Source: an uncultured Alphaproteobacteria bacterium
GTDB taxonomy: Bacteria > Pseudomonadota > Alphaproteobacteria > UBA11222
Length of the DNA: 64,000 bases
Direction of reading: 5' to 3'
NCBI GenBank assembly: GCA_947258435.1
Contig: CAMYID010000008.1
Span: 482 to 64,481, forward strand
The first letter of the stretch is position 1. Each line of letters starts with the position of its first letter. Below are positions 10,813 to 21,424 of this stretch, one piece after another. The notes beneath the pieces were generated by a model, which did no database searches, was not told the origin of the DNA, and saw only the letters and a list, made by a program, of their open reading frames with translations. Both the position numbers and the translations under genes were made by a program.

Positions 10813-12012
10813 ATGTGGTCATATATAACGCAACATTTTGCCAAGGTCTGGAATCAGCTATTTCCCGAGCGGCAGCTTTATTTACGCAGTCGCGGAGAAG
10901 TGCGTTACATCAATCTGCCCCCCTTTTTGCAATGCGGGGTCAGTTTTGTCCTGTTTGCCGCAATTGTCTGGGGCGTCATCAGCACCGTCAGTTTTGTGCT
11001 GGAGGACCGTATTCGCGCCGCACGTGATCGCGAAATTGCCGAAGTCCGCCAGGCCTATACTCAACTGACAACGGAAGTTGCACAGATCCAGCAGCGCTTT
11101 CTGACAACAACGCTTGAGCTTGAGAGCAAGCAGCGAACCCTTGAACAATTCGCGCAGCAGGAACAAGCCCTGCGCGACCCGCTTTCCTCGGCAAACAGGC
11201 TTACGGCACTGACCCCGAATGCTGATGGGGCGGAAGGCGCGCGGCAACTGCTTCGCTGGGAAGCACCCGAAAGCGACGAGGACAGCCCGACAACCGCCTT
11301 TTCCGTGTTCGGCGTCAAAGTCGCTGCGCTGGAAAACAGGTTAAGCCAGTTGGACGGCGCGCAATCCGAACTGATCACACTCTTCTCTCAGGAGACCGAG
11401 ACTGCAATTGGTGAGCTTGAAACACTGATCGGGCAGACAGGTGTTGACGTTGAACAGCTCGTCACTGCCCTGCAGGACAATAGCGCGTCGATCGGCGGGC
11501 CGCTGATCCTGCTTGAGCCGCAAATCGATGCGGCTGCCACAGAGGCGCTGAACAATCTGACTGAACGCGTGGCCCGGCTGACAATCCTGCGCGATGCACT
11601 TTTCCGTCTACCCCTCGTTGAGCCGACAGAAAATTACTATATTTCAAGCCGTTATGGCTATCGTCAGGATCCGCTCACCAAGCTTCGTGCGTTCCATAGC
11701 GGGCTTGATCTTGTGGCACCGCTCGGCACGCCGGTCTATGCAAGCGCTGCCGGAACCGTGATTTCCGCACGGCGTAACGGTCCCTATGGTAACATGGTTG
11801 AAATCGACCATGGCCATGGTATCCGGAGCCGTTACGGGCATCTGCACCGGATTGAGGTGGAGGAAGGACAGCAGGTCGCCTCCCGCGACCCTATTGGTCG
11901 TGTTGGCAATACCGGGCGGAGCACCGGACCGCATCTGCATTTCGAAGTCTGGTTTAACGACAAAGCACATAATCCGCACAAATTTTTGAAAGCAGGAAAG
12001 CGTGTTTTCTAG
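10813..12012 (+). CDS. M23 family peptidoglycan endopeptidase (LmdC-like)
   Basis: N-terminal LFPERQLYLRS, a TM helix, a coiled coil, and C-terminal HSGLD...HLH...GRSTGPHLHFE LytM motifs. Directly upstream of bactofilin. Confidence 0.88.
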   Translation: MWSYITQHFAKVWNQLFPERQLYLRSRGEVRYINLPPFLQCGVSFVLFAAIVWGVISTVSFVLEDRIRAARDREIAEVRQAYTQLTTEVAQIQQRFLTTTLELESKQRTLEQFAQQEQALRDPLSSANRLTALTPNADGAEGARQLLRWEAPESDEDSPTTAFSVFGVKVAALENRLSQLDGAQSELITLFSQETETAIGELETLIGQTGVDVEQLVTALQDNSASIGGPLILLEPQIDAAATEALNNLTERVARLTILRDALFRLPLVEPTENYYISSRYGYRQDPLTKLRAFHSGLDLVAPLGTPVYASAAGTVISARRNGPYGNMVEIDHGHGIRSRYGHLHRIEVEEGQQVASRDPIGRVGNTGRSTGPHLHFEVWFNDKAHNPHKFLKAGKRVF

Positions 12013-12475
12013 CGACAAAACCGATCAGCAAACAAATGGCCGAACCGGCAGCAGCGGGCGTGAACGCCGCAAGGGCAACAGTCCGGCCTCGCTGATCGGA
12101 CCGGATCTGACAATCAATGGCGAGCTGATCACCCCCGGCGATCTGCAGATCGACGGCACCGTCATCGGCAATATCCAGTGCAGCAATCTGACAGTTGGCA
12201 GTTCCGCCACCGTCAATGGCGACACGAAAGCGCGCGATGTGCTGCTCTGCGGCAGTTTGACCGGCAATATTCACGCCGCCACCGTCACCTTGACCAAGAC
12301 AGCGAAAATCGATGGCGATATTCATCATGAAACCATCGCGATCGAAGCCGGCGCTATGCTGAATGGCCGGCTTGTCAGCCTGAAAAACGGCGACAGAGAG
12401 GCGATGACAGTGGCGGGCAGCCCCTCGAATGCACCGATCGGCCTGCGCGGCACCCCCTTGTCGGAAGCTGACTGA
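12002..12475 (+). CDS. Bactofilin (polymer-forming cytoskeletal protein, BacA-like)
   Basis: MFS amphipathic N-terminus and the SLIG.DL.I.G...LQIDG.V.G beta-helix repeats. GTG start overlaps the M23 gene end. Confidence 0.9.
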   Translation: MFSSDKTDQQTNGRTGSSGRERRKGNSPASLIGPDLTINGELITPGDLQIDGTVIGNIQCSNLTVGSSATVNGDTKARDVLLCGSLTGNIHAATVTLTKTAKIDGDIHHETIAIEAGAMLNGRLVSLKNGDREAMTVAGSPSNAPIGLRGTPLSEAD

Positions 12476-12569
12476 GCGCATTAACCGCAACTTTGATGTC
12501 AGTTGCACCATAAATGGCCGCGCGCCGGGCGCGACTTCGCTCCGACCCGGGCCCCACGGCCACCCTGAG

Positions 12570-13698
12570 CTAATTCAGATCCTCGACGGTTTCCTGCGCG
12601 CCATGCACCCTTGCCGCAAGTGCGGCTGACATGAACCCGTCCAGATCGCCATCCAGAATCGCGGACGGGTTACCGCTTTCAACGCCGGTCCGCAAATCCT
12701 TGACCATCTGATAGGGCTGCAGCACATAAGAACGGATCTGGTGGCCCCAGCCGATATCAGTCTTTGCGTCCGCCTGCGCCTGCGCCTCTGCCTCCCGCTT
12801 TTGCATTTCGACTTCATATAGACGCGCGCGCAGCATTTTCCAGGCATTGGCCCGGTTCTTATGCTGTGAGCGTTCATTCTGACACTGCACGACAATGCCG
12901 GTCGGGATATGAGTCAGCCGCACCGCACTATCGGTCTTGTTAATGTGCTGCCCGCCCGCGCCGCTGGCCCGGTAGGTATCGACCCGGACATCCTTATCTT
13001 CAATTTCGATATCAATCCGGTCATCAACTTCAGGATAAACCCCGACACTGGCAAAACTTGTATGCCTTCGGGCATTGGAATCGAAAGGCGAGATCCGGAC
13101 AAGGCGGTGCACACCGGATTCGGTCTTCATCCAGCCATAGGCACTTTCGCCCTTGACGTGAACAGTCGCCGATTTGATGCCCGCCTCTTCTCCCTCGCTC
13201 AGCTCGACGATTTCCGTGCGGTAGCCATGCTGATCCGCCCAGCGCAGATACATCCGCAGCAGCATATTCGCCCAATCCTGACTTTCAGTACCGCCCGCCC
13301 CCGCATGGACTTCGAGATAGGCATTGTTGGGATCGGCCTCACCGGACAGCAATGTCTCCACCTCACGCGCAGCAGCCGCCGCCTGCAACGCCCTCAGCGC
13401 CTGCTCCGCTTCCGCGACAACCTCGGCATCTTCTTCCGCCTCGCCCAGGGCAATAAGCTCGAGATTATCGTCAAGCTCGCTTTGCAGCGCGATGAAACCG
13501 TTAATCGATTGCTCAAGCCGTGTCCGCTCACGCATCAGGCTTTGCGCCGCATCCGGATCATCCCACAGGGCGGGATCCTCAGCCTGCGCATTCAATTCTT
13601 CCAGTCTTAGATTTGCGCTATCCCAGTCAAAGATGCCTCCTCAGCAGTTCCAGCGACTGCTTGATTTCTTCGACCAACATTTGGGTTTCAGCCTGCAT
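12570..13698 (-). CDS. prfB: Peptide chain release factor 2, with programmed +1 frameshift
   Basis: ORF1 from ATG 13698 reads [23 protein letters not shown] then CTT TGA C. The +1 frame carries the SPF and GGQ motifs. Confidence 0.96.
13626..13641 (-). promoter_or_regulatory. prfB +1 frameshift site (internal SD AGGAGG + CAT CTT TGA C)
   Basis: Minus strand reads AGGAGGCATCTTTGAC. Confidence 0.95.
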
Positions 13699-13736
13699 TT
13701 ATCTCTCCATCGCCCAAACAACAAACCGGTGCGCCG

Positions 13737-16232
13737 TTAATAAAGCCCTCCCGAGCCGACAGCAAGTGCAGACCCCAGATCCTGGAACCGGTCCTGCCCG
13801 TCCAGCACGATATTGCCGGTTGGCACCTGATCATCGCTGCGAAATGCCTCAAGGATGACATTGCTGTCGCCCGGTTTTGCGGCCAGTCCGGTCCGGCTGT
13901 CGACGCGCACAAGCCGAATGCCGGCGGGTATCCGAAACGGAACCGGCGGCTTGCCCTTCAACGCCTGAGTGAAAAAGTCGCGAAAAATCGGTGCCGCAAC
14001 CGAAGAGCCGGTTTCCTTCCTGCCGAGTGTGCGCGGATTGTCAAAGCCGACAAACACCCCCACCACAAGATCGGGGGAGAAACCGATGAACCAGCTATCA
14101 CGGCTGTCATTGGTTGTGCCGGTCTTGCCGGCCAGCGGCTTGCCAACCACCGCGATTGACCGGCCGGTGCCGCGCTGAATGACGCCTTCCAGCATGGAAA
14201 CGAGCTGATAGGCCGTCGCCGGTTCAATCTTCTGCTCCCGCAAGTCGGGCAGTTCAGGCTGGGGCTGCCCGGCCCATTGCACGATGCAATCGGCGCAAGG
14301 CCGGTTATCGTGGCGATAGATTGTCTTGCCTCGGCGATCCTGCACCCGGTCGATCAATGTCGGCGTGATCTTTCTGCCGCCATTGACCAGCATCGCATAG
14401 GCAGTGGTGAGCTCGAGCAGCGTGACCTCGCCCGCCCCGAGCGACATGGACAGAATCGGGCGCATGCCGCGCTCAATTCCAAACCGTTTTGCGTAATCAA
14501 GCACCTGCGGCATGCCGATATATTGCGCAAGCCGCACGGTCATCAGATTGCGCGATTTTTCGATTCCAAGCCGCAACGTCGAAGGGCCGTAGAATTTACC
14601 TGAATAATTGCCGGGCTTCCAAAGCCCCAGTCCCGCGCCCTGATCAATGACGAAGGGGGCATCGAGAATAAGGCTCGATGGCGTAAAGCCATTCTCAAGG
14701 GCCGCCGCATAGACCACCGGCTTGAAGGCGGAACCGGGCTGGCGCTGCGCCTGGGTCGCGCGGTTGAACTGGCTACGCGCGAAATCATAGCCGCCCTGCA
14801 TGGCCAGCACCCGGCCGGTATGCGGATCCATTGCGACAAGCGCACCATTGACCTCGGGCAGCTGCCGCAGCGACCATACAGGCAGTGACACCCTTGCCGC
14901 CGCGTCTTTTTTCTTGCCCTGCATGGCGACAACCGCGATCACATCCCCCGGCTGCAGACGCTTGCGCGCATCGGTAACGGGCGGGCCAAGCCTGTCGATA
15001 TCATGGCGCTGCCGCGCCCATCGCATATCGTCGACGGGAATGACGCCCTGACGCCCGTCGGCCAGCCCGATAACCGCCTGCGTCTCAGCCACATTCAGCA
15101 CGACTGCCATTTGCCAGTTTCCAAGCCCGGCCGGCGGCGGAACTGACTTCAGCCGCTCTGGCCAATCCGTCTCGTCGACATCTATACGCGCAATCAGTCC
15201 ATGCCAACCATGCCGCCGGTCATAGGCAAGCAACCCGTCGCGCAAAACACTCGCGGCGATTTGCTGCAATGCCGGGTCAAGCGAGGTACGGACAGACAAT
15301 CCCCCTTCATAGAGCGCATCTTCGCCATATTGCGCTTCGAGTTCACGGCGCACATCCTCGGCGAAATAGTCGGCTGCCACGAAATCATTGCTGCGATGAG
15401 GCGCAACCTCCAAAGGCTGCGCCATTGCAAGCTTTGCATCGAGCGGCGAGACGTAGCCATCATCGCGCATCCGCTCGATAACATAATTCCGCCGCGCCAC
15501 CGCCTTTTCGTAATTGTGGACCGGATGATAGTTATTCGGCGCCTTCGGCAATGCCGCCAGATAGGCCGCCTCGATCAGGGTCAGCTCGGCAAGCGGCTTG
15601 TCGAAATAATTCAGCGCGGCGGCGGCAATGCCATAGGACGCCCGGCCGAAATAAATCTCATTCAGATAAAGTTCCAGTATCTGCGCCTTGCTGAAAGCCC
15701 GCTCGATCCGGAAGGCCAGAATAGCTTCCTTGATCTTGCGGCTCAGCAACACATCGCCCGACAGCAGGAAGTTCTTTGCAACCTGCTGTGTGATGGTCGA
15801 TGCGCCGACCAGCCGGCGCCCCTCGGCAACATTGCGCAGATTGGTAACCGCCGCGCGCACCACACCCAGCCCGTCGACGCCGCTATGGTCAAAAAAGTTC
15901 TTGTCCTCAGCCGACACAAAGGCCTGCACGACCCGCATGGGGATCGCCTCGATCGGCACAAACATGCGGTTTTCGCGCGCAAATTCGGTGATTAACTGGC
16001 CATCACCCGCATGCACCCGGGTCATGATGGCAGGTTCGTAATCAGCAAGCTGCGTATAGTCCGGAAGACCGCTCGAATAGCGCCAGAGAATAACCCCAAG
16101 CCCGATCGCGCCACAGATGCCAAGGAACATCAGCAGCCCGAAACTCCACGCAACATAATGGAAGAAGGTTTGCAACGAACGCCGCTCCTTAAATTGAATA
16201 ATTTGGGCGCCGGCGGAAAAACGCTGCCGCAC
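13737..16232 (-). CDS. mrcA: Penicillin-binding protein 1A (bifunctional transglycosylase/transpeptidase)
   Basis: AEDKNF, GASTITQQVAKN, QPGSAFK (SxxK), SRN (SxN) and KTG. The true start is probably a few codons downstream. Confidence 0.93.
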   Translation of the reverse strand: MRQRFSAGAQIIQFKERRSLQTFFHYVAWSFGLLMFLGICGAIGLGVILWRYSSGLPDYTQLADYEPAIMTRVHAGDGQLITEFARENRMFVPIEAIPMRVVQAFVSAEDKNFFDHSGVDGLGVVRAAVTNLRNVAEGRRLVGASTITQQVAKNFLLSGDVLLSRKIKEAILAFRIERAFSKAQILELYLNEIYFGRASYGIAAAALNYFDKPLAELTLIEAAYLAALPKAPNNYHPVHNYEKAVARRNYVIERMRDDGYVSPLDAKLAMAQPLEVAPHRSNDFVAADYFAEDVRRELEAQYGEDALYEGGLSVRTSLDPALQQIAASVLRDGLLAYDRRHGWHGLIARIDVDETDWPERLKSVPPPAGLGNWQMAVVLNVAETQAVIGLADGRQGVIPVDDMRWARQRHDIDRLGPPVTDARKRLQPGDVIAVVAMQGKKKDAAARVSLPVWSLRQLPEVNGALVAMDPHTGRVLAMQGGYDFARSQFNRATQAQRQPGSAFKPVVYAAALENGFTPSSLILDAPFVIDQGAGLGLWKPGNYSGKFYGPSTLRLGIEKSRNLMTVRLAQYIGMPQVLDYAKRFGIERGMRPILSMSLGAGEVTLLELTTAYAMLVNGGRKITPTLIDRVQDRRGKTIYRHDNRPCADCIVQWAGQPQPELPDLREQKIEPATAYQLVSMLEGVIQRGTGRSIAVVGKPLAGKTGTTNDSRDSWFIGFSPDLVVGVFVGFDNPRTLGRKETGSSVAAPIFRDFFTQALKGKPPVPFRIPAGIRLVRVDSRTGLAAKPGDSNVILEAFRSDDQVPTGNIVLDGQDRFQDLGSALAVGSGGLY

Positions 16233-16271
16233 AGCCTGAAAATCGATAATCGCCGTAAACTATTTCACAAT

Positions 16272-16322
16272 ATGATCAGAAGCTTGAGATGATCAGAGGC
16301 TTGAGATGATCAGAGGCTTGAG
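16272..16322. repeat. 17-bp tandem repeat x3 (ATGATCAGARGCTTGAG) in the amiC-mrcA intergenic region
   Basis: Copies start at 16272, 16289 and 16306. The first has one mismatch. Confidence 0.92.
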
Positions 16323-16425
16323 GCTTCGCACCATCCAGCTTAAACAGATAGACTTGAAATAGGGCTGCAAAATGGCGTGGACCCTAGCCCAGCCCTGACC
16401 GGCAGATCAAGCCCCGCGCCACCTG

Positions 16426-17676
16426 CTAGCTTTGCCGTTCGGCGAAATACCGGTCGATCGCCTCAGAGATCGCAGCAGCGAGTTTATCGCGACCCCGCGA
16501 CGACATCAGCAGCTTTTCATCCGCCGCATTGGACAGAAGTCCCAATTCGACAAGCACCGACGGAACATCAGGCGCCATCAATACGCGAAACCCGGCATAG
16601 CGGTGCGAATTACGCAGTAGCGCCCCGACCCCGCCAAGCTCGGGCAGCAGTAATTTGGCAAACCGCACCGATTTGTTCTTTGTCTCCCGCTGTGCAAGAT
16701 CGATCAGAATTGACCGGACGATATCATCTGTTTCATTGCCGATACTGATACCGGCAATCACATCGGAACTGTTTTCCTTAGCGGCAAGCTGCGCCGCTTC
16801 CTTGTCGGATGCCTTTTCAGACAGCGAATAAACCGATGCACCCCGCACTTTTGCGGAACGCAGCGAATCCGCATGCACCGAGACAAACAAGTCCGCCCCC
16901 GCATTACGTGCGATGTTCACCCTTTCACGCAGCGGCACAAAGACATCCGTCTCCCGCGTCATGACCACGCGATACCGCCCTGAATTGAGCAATTGCCGCT
17001 GCAGGCGGCGCGCGACATCAAGCACGATATCCTTTTCATAATGGCCTGACCGGCTGGTTGCCCCCGGATCGACGCCCCCGTGACCGGCGTCAACAACGAT
17101 GGTTGTCTTCTCTGAGCGTATGACCGGGGGCGGCAGTTCCACCTGGCCTGTCCGGGCCGGCCGATCTGCACTCGTACCGGTATCGCCAATCCGCTGCCGC
17201 CCCTTAAACCCCGCATTGGCCAAAAAGCTTTCCCGATCAACCGGGGCAAGATCAATGACCAGGCGGACGGGCTTTCCCGCAGCCGCTGGCAGGAAAAACG
17301 TCCTGGACACCTTTGCCGGACGCGTCAGGTCCAGAACGACACGTGAATTGTCACGCCGAAACAGCCCGAAGCGATAGCCCGCGACCAACCCCGCCCCTGC
17401 GCCCGCGCTGCCATTACCCGTCGCCCACGCCACAGCAGGCATATCGACCACGACGCGATAGGGATCCGCCAGGCTGAACAGGGAATATGGCAGCTCTCCG
17501 GTCAGATCGAGCACTATGCGCGTCTTGTCCGGATGCACACCAACCCGCAATCCCAGCACCCGCTCCTGCGCAAAGACAGGACCGGCAGCAAGACAACTCA
17601 ACGCGATCAGCCAAATCATGACGCGTTGCAGGGCAAACAGGGGCAAGATTTTCAGTAACCGCACAACTCGCAACAT
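16426..17676 (-). CDS. amiC: N-acetylmuramoyl-L-alanine amidase (AMIN + Amidase_3)
   Basis: Signal peptide, DPYRVVVD AMIN repeats, DAGHGG.DPGA, SVHAD and SVLVELG. Start uncertain (17715, 17676 or 17619). Confidence 0.9.
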   Translation of the reverse strand: MLRVVRLLKILPLFALQRVMIWLIALSCLAAGPVFAQERVLGLRVGVHPDKTRIVLDLTGELPYSLFSLADPYRVVVDMPAVAWATGNGSAGAGAGLVAGYRFGLFRRDNSRVVLDLTRPAKVSRTFFLPAAAGKPVRLVIDLAPVDRESFLANAGFKGRQRIGDTGTSADRPARTGQVELPPPVIRSEKTTIVVDAGHGGVDPGATSRSGHYEKDIVLDVARRLQRQLLNSGRYRVVMTRETDVFVPLRERVNIARNAGADLFVSVHADSLRSAKVRGASVYSLSEKASDKEAAQLAAKENSSDVIAGISIGNETDDIVRSILIDLAQRETKNKSVRFAKLLLPELGGVGALLRNSHRYAGFRVLMAPDVPSVLVELGLLSNAADEKLLMSSRGRDKLAAAISEAIDRYFAERQS

Positions 17677-18302
17677 ATTGTGTCGATAGAGCATATCGGA
17701 CCAAAATATGAACAAAGCCAGTCAAGGCGTCCAGCATAATTCACAACCGACGATCCCGGACAATGGTCCAGACAGGCGCTGGCGGCCCGGACGGGCGGTA
17801 AGCAGGTTGCGCCACCTGCAAATAGTGAAACGCAAAATTGAATTGTCGGCTGTCGATACACATGTTTATATTGCGTTTGGCTATATGTCGCTGCGAATCA
17901 GCGCGTGAGAAGCCATAGGAACAATTCGAATCTCGAACGGTCTATCTCGAAGGGTCTGTTGAATTTATAGCCCTGTTTGATGATTCCTACAGGAAATAGG
18001 CGGGTCGCGACCAGTTCGCGCCCGCAATCAGATGCAACACCGAAGCGGCGTAACACACCAACGAATTCAGATACAGGGTAACACGGCCCTCAGGGTGCCG
18101 GACCAATTGCAATGCCCGGTCGCAGGCGATTCAGACGCTGTCATTACTGACGCTATCGCTTTAGCCAATACCGGCAATTCAAACACCCCAAAAACAATCT
18201 CGATACGCTGGTCCACTGCAAGCTTCGCAACTTTCGCAGCCCGCTCCCTACATGCCCGGCCAGATCCGCGGCACCGGACAGGGCTGCCCGGAGAGCAGTT
18301 TT

Positions 18303-21300
18303 ATGGCAAAAAAGATGCTAATCGACGCAACCCACCCCGAAGAGACCAGGGTGGCCGTCGTTCAGGGAAACAAATTAGAGGATTTTGACTTTGAATCTGC
18401 TGCCCGGCAGCAGTTAAACGGCAATATCTATCTCGCAAAGGTCACGCGTATCGAGCCGTCGCTTCAGGCGGCATTCGTCGAATATGGCGGCAATCGTCAT
18501 GGTTTTCTGGCCTTCAGCGAAATTCATCCAGACTATTACCAGATACCAGTCGCCGACCGGCTAGCCCTGCTTGCCGAAGATGCGGAAGAAGAACGTCGCG
18601 CCCAGGATCAGGACGATTTTCACGCGGCCAGGCAGATAAAAGACGACGCGGAGGAGGATGATTCCGAAGATACTGCCGAAGATGATGCCGAAGATTTGGA
18701 AGCGGATGACGACGATTCCGATGATAACGGCGCGACGGATGTAACCGCTGCGGCTGATGCACAAGACGACCAGGATGAGAATGATCGGGAAACCGGCAAA
18801 TCCGAGACGTCCAGCACAGACGACAGCAATGACAGTAGCCCCGCCGATGTCAGTACAGCCGCCCCCGCAATAGAGGATGCAGAAGAAACAGAGGCCCGCG
18901 GGGACAATAATCCCGATACGGCATCGGATGATACGGCCTCCGGCGACGATCAGTCCGAGGACCCGGACTCCGGTTCCGGAAAACCGGCACTGCTCGCAGC
19001 AGCGGCGGGCGACAGCATTTCATCTCAGCCTGTGCCCGAAAATGACCCGGTTGAACTTGCAAAAGCAGATCAGGATCAGCCATCCAACGCAGCACAAGCA
19101 GATGACAGCGCGGTTGAGCAGGACACAGGGCGCGATTCTGACAGTGCCGATACCGGCGATGGGAACCCGACTACGCGAAATGAGGCGGAACAGAAGCCGT
19201 CACGCCGCCGCAGCCGCAGTAACCGGCGCCCGCGCCGGGAAAATAACCGCCGCAAATCCGCCTCCTCCGATCAGCAGAAAGATACAGGAGACGTCGAATC
19301 ACTCGGGCGCGAAGATGCGCTTGACGAAGTATCGCGCCCCCGTGCCAACCGGCGCCGCTATAAAATTCAGGAAGTCATCAAGAAGCGCCAGATCCTGCTT
19401 GTTCAGGTCCTGAAAGACGAGCGGGGCACAAAGGGCGCAGCACTGACCACTTATCTGTCCATTGCCGGCCGTTATTGCGTGCTGATGCCGAACACCGCGC
19501 GGGGCGGTGGTATTTCACGCAAGATTGGCAACGCCGCCGACCGCAAGCGCCTGAAAGCCATTGCAACTGATCTGGACGTGCCAGAAGGCATGGGACTGAT
19601 TATCCGCACGGCCGGGGCAAACCGGACGAAAGCGGAGATCAAACGCGATTTTGAGTATCTGCTGCGACAGTGGGAAGAAATCCGCGAAACGACGCTGAAA
19701 TCAACTGCCCCCTCGCTTATCAATGAGGAAGGCAGCCTGATCAAACGGGCGATCCGCGACCTCTATGACAAAGACATTGAACTTGTCCTTGTTGAAGGTG
19801 AGGAGGGGTACAAGGAGGCGAAAGGCTTCATGCGGATGCTGATGCCAAGCCACGCCAAAAAGGTGCAGCCGCATCGCGACCAGGTACCGCTTTTCCACAA
19901 ATACCAGATCGAGGCGCAGCTCGATTCGATGTTCGATCCCACGGTCCGGTTGAAATCGGGTGGCTATATCGTGATTGATCCGACCGAGGCGCTTGTCTCC
20001 ATTGACGTCAACTCGGGCAAGGCAACGCGCGAGGCGAATATCGAAGCGACCGCGCTGCGGACCAATCTGGAAGCGGCTGAAGAGGTCGCCCGCCAGTTGC
20101 GTTTGCGCGATCTTGCCGGGCTTGTCGTCATCGATTTCATCGATATGGAAAACCACCGCAATAACCGGGCGGTGGAAAAACGGATCAAGGAATGCCTGAA
20201 ATCCGATCGCGCACGCATCCAGGTAGGCCGGATCAGCGCGTTTGGTCTGCTGGAAATGTCGCGGCAGCGGCTGCGTCAGGGGGTTGTGGAAACCACGACT
20301 TCACCTTGTCCGAATTGCAACGGCACCGGGCTGATCCGCTCGGTCGATTCGTTGGCGCTGCATATCCTGCGCGGCATCGAGGAAGAAGCCATGCGCAAGC
20401 GGCACCGGGCCTTTGACGTCACCGTGCCGACCGAAGTTGCGATCTATATCCTCAATCAGAAACGCGACTGGCTCGAACAGATCGAGACCCGTTTCGGCTT
20501 GTCTGTGTTCGTCATTGCCGATTCCGGCCTGCAAGCGCCGAATTACGAGATCAAGCCGGCGCAAAGGGCCGTACCGAACCACGCAAAACCCGCGGCTGAA
20601 CGACCGGCGGAAGTCGAGGAAGATGACGATGAAAAGCCGCGGCGTCCGCGCCGCCGCCGCCCCAGGAGCGGCGCAGACAACGAAGAGAACACACAATCGC
20701 AAGCCGATGACGAGGGCGATGCGAATGACGTCGAAACCGCTGATTCGTCCGGCAACGAAGAAGAGGATCAAAAACCCAAGAAGCGCCGTGGCCGGCGTGG
20801 ACGGCGCGGGGGCCGCAACCGCGACAATACGCAACGTGAACCCGCCTCCCGGTCCGGCGATGAAAAGCAAACCGACTCCCCTGTAGAGGCCGCCACGGCC
20901 GACGGCGAAACCGGAAAAGATGACGGTGCGGCACAGGGTGACAAGATTGCGGCCGACGACGCGGACAAGGATGAACCGGTGCTGGCCGAACAGGCGGACA
21001 CGGATACGGTCATCACGACAATTCCGATTGAAACGATGGAACCCGTCGATGCTGAAGGGGTATCGCCAGGGGTCTGGCCATCCGACACCCCGGATGCGCA
21101 CGCCCCCTCGCAATCGTCAGATGTGAATGCACCTGGCCCGACCCTGACGCCGCAGGCCGATGCCCCCGAAACCCCGGAATCCGCGCCGGTAACCGGTTCG
21201 GAGGAAAGCGATGTCGCGGAAACGGACACAACAGACGAAACCGGCAGCCCCGAAGACACCGCAAATGAGGAACAGAAGGCGGACGCCCCCGCTGCCGAAG

Positions 21301-21365
21301 ATAAAGATGCTGCGAAACAGCCCAAACGCGGCGGCTGGTGGCAACGTCGTTTCGGCGGCGCCTAG
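18303..21365 (+). CDS. rne: Ribonuclease E
   Basis: MAKKMLIDATHPEETRVAV, GNIYLAKVTRIEPSLQAAF, IDVNSG, DFIDM and CPNC. Disordered C-terminal domain ends in GGWWQR. Confidence 0.96.
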   Translation: MAKKMLIDATHPEETRVAVVQGNKLEDFDFESAARQQLNGNIYLAKVTRIEPSLQAAFVEYGGNRHGFLAFSEIHPDYYQIPVADRLALLAEDAEEERRAQDQDDFHAARQIKDDAEEDDSEDTAEDDAEDLEADDDDSDDNGATDVTAAADAQDDQDENDRETGKSETSSTDDSNDSSPADVSTAAPAIEDAEETEARGDNNPDTASDDTASGDDQSEDPDSGSGKPALLAAAAGDSISSQPVPENDPVELAKADQDQPSNAAQADDSAVEQDTGRDSDSADTGDGNPTTRNEAEQKPSRRRSRSNRRPRRENNRRKSASSDQQKDTGDVESLGREDALDEVSRPRANRRRYKIQEVIKKRQILLVQVLKDERGTKGAALTTYLSIAGRYCVLMPNTARGGGISRKIGNAADRKRLKAIATDLDVPEGMGLIIRTAGANRTKAEIKRDFEYLLRQWEEIRETTLKSTAPSLINEEGSLIKRAIRDLYDKDIELVLVEGEEGYKEAKGFMRMLMPSHAKKVQPHRDQVPLFHKYQIEAQLDSMFDPTVRLKSGGYIVIDPTEALVSIDVNSGKATREANIEATALRTNLEAAEEVARQLRLRDLAGLVVIDFIDMENHRNNRAVEKRIKECLKSDRARIQVGRISAFGLLEMSRQRLRQGVVETTTSPCPNCNGTGLIRSVDSLALHILRGIEEEAMRKRHRAFDVTVPTEVAIYILNQKRDWLEQIETRFGLSVFVIADSGLQAPNYEIKPAQRAVPNHAKPAAERPAEVEEDDDEKPRRPRRRRPRSGADNEENTQSQADDEGDANDVETADSSGNEEEDQKPKKRRGRRGRRGGRNRDNTQREPASRSGDEKQTDSPVEAATADGETGKDDGAAQGDKIAADDADKDEPVLAEQADTDTVITTIPIETMEPVDAEGVSPGVWPSDTPDAHAPSQSSDVNAPGPTLTPQADAPETPESAPVTGSEESDVAETDTTDETGSPEDTANEEQKADAPAAEDKDAAKQPKRGGWWQRRFGGA

Positions 21366-21424
21366 CACTGTCCCCGGGGCATTTGCTCCAGGCCCCCTAT
21401 CCCACTGCGATGGCGGCGCATGAG

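Noticed and set aside
12570-13698. prfB as a pseudogene or truncated gene
   Set aside because: The interruption is the canonical CTT-TGA programmed frameshift.
16272-16322. Possible CRISPR array
   Set aside because: The units are contiguous 17-mers with no spacers and no cas genes. It is a simple tandem repeat, and no CRISPR array was seen anywhere in the window.
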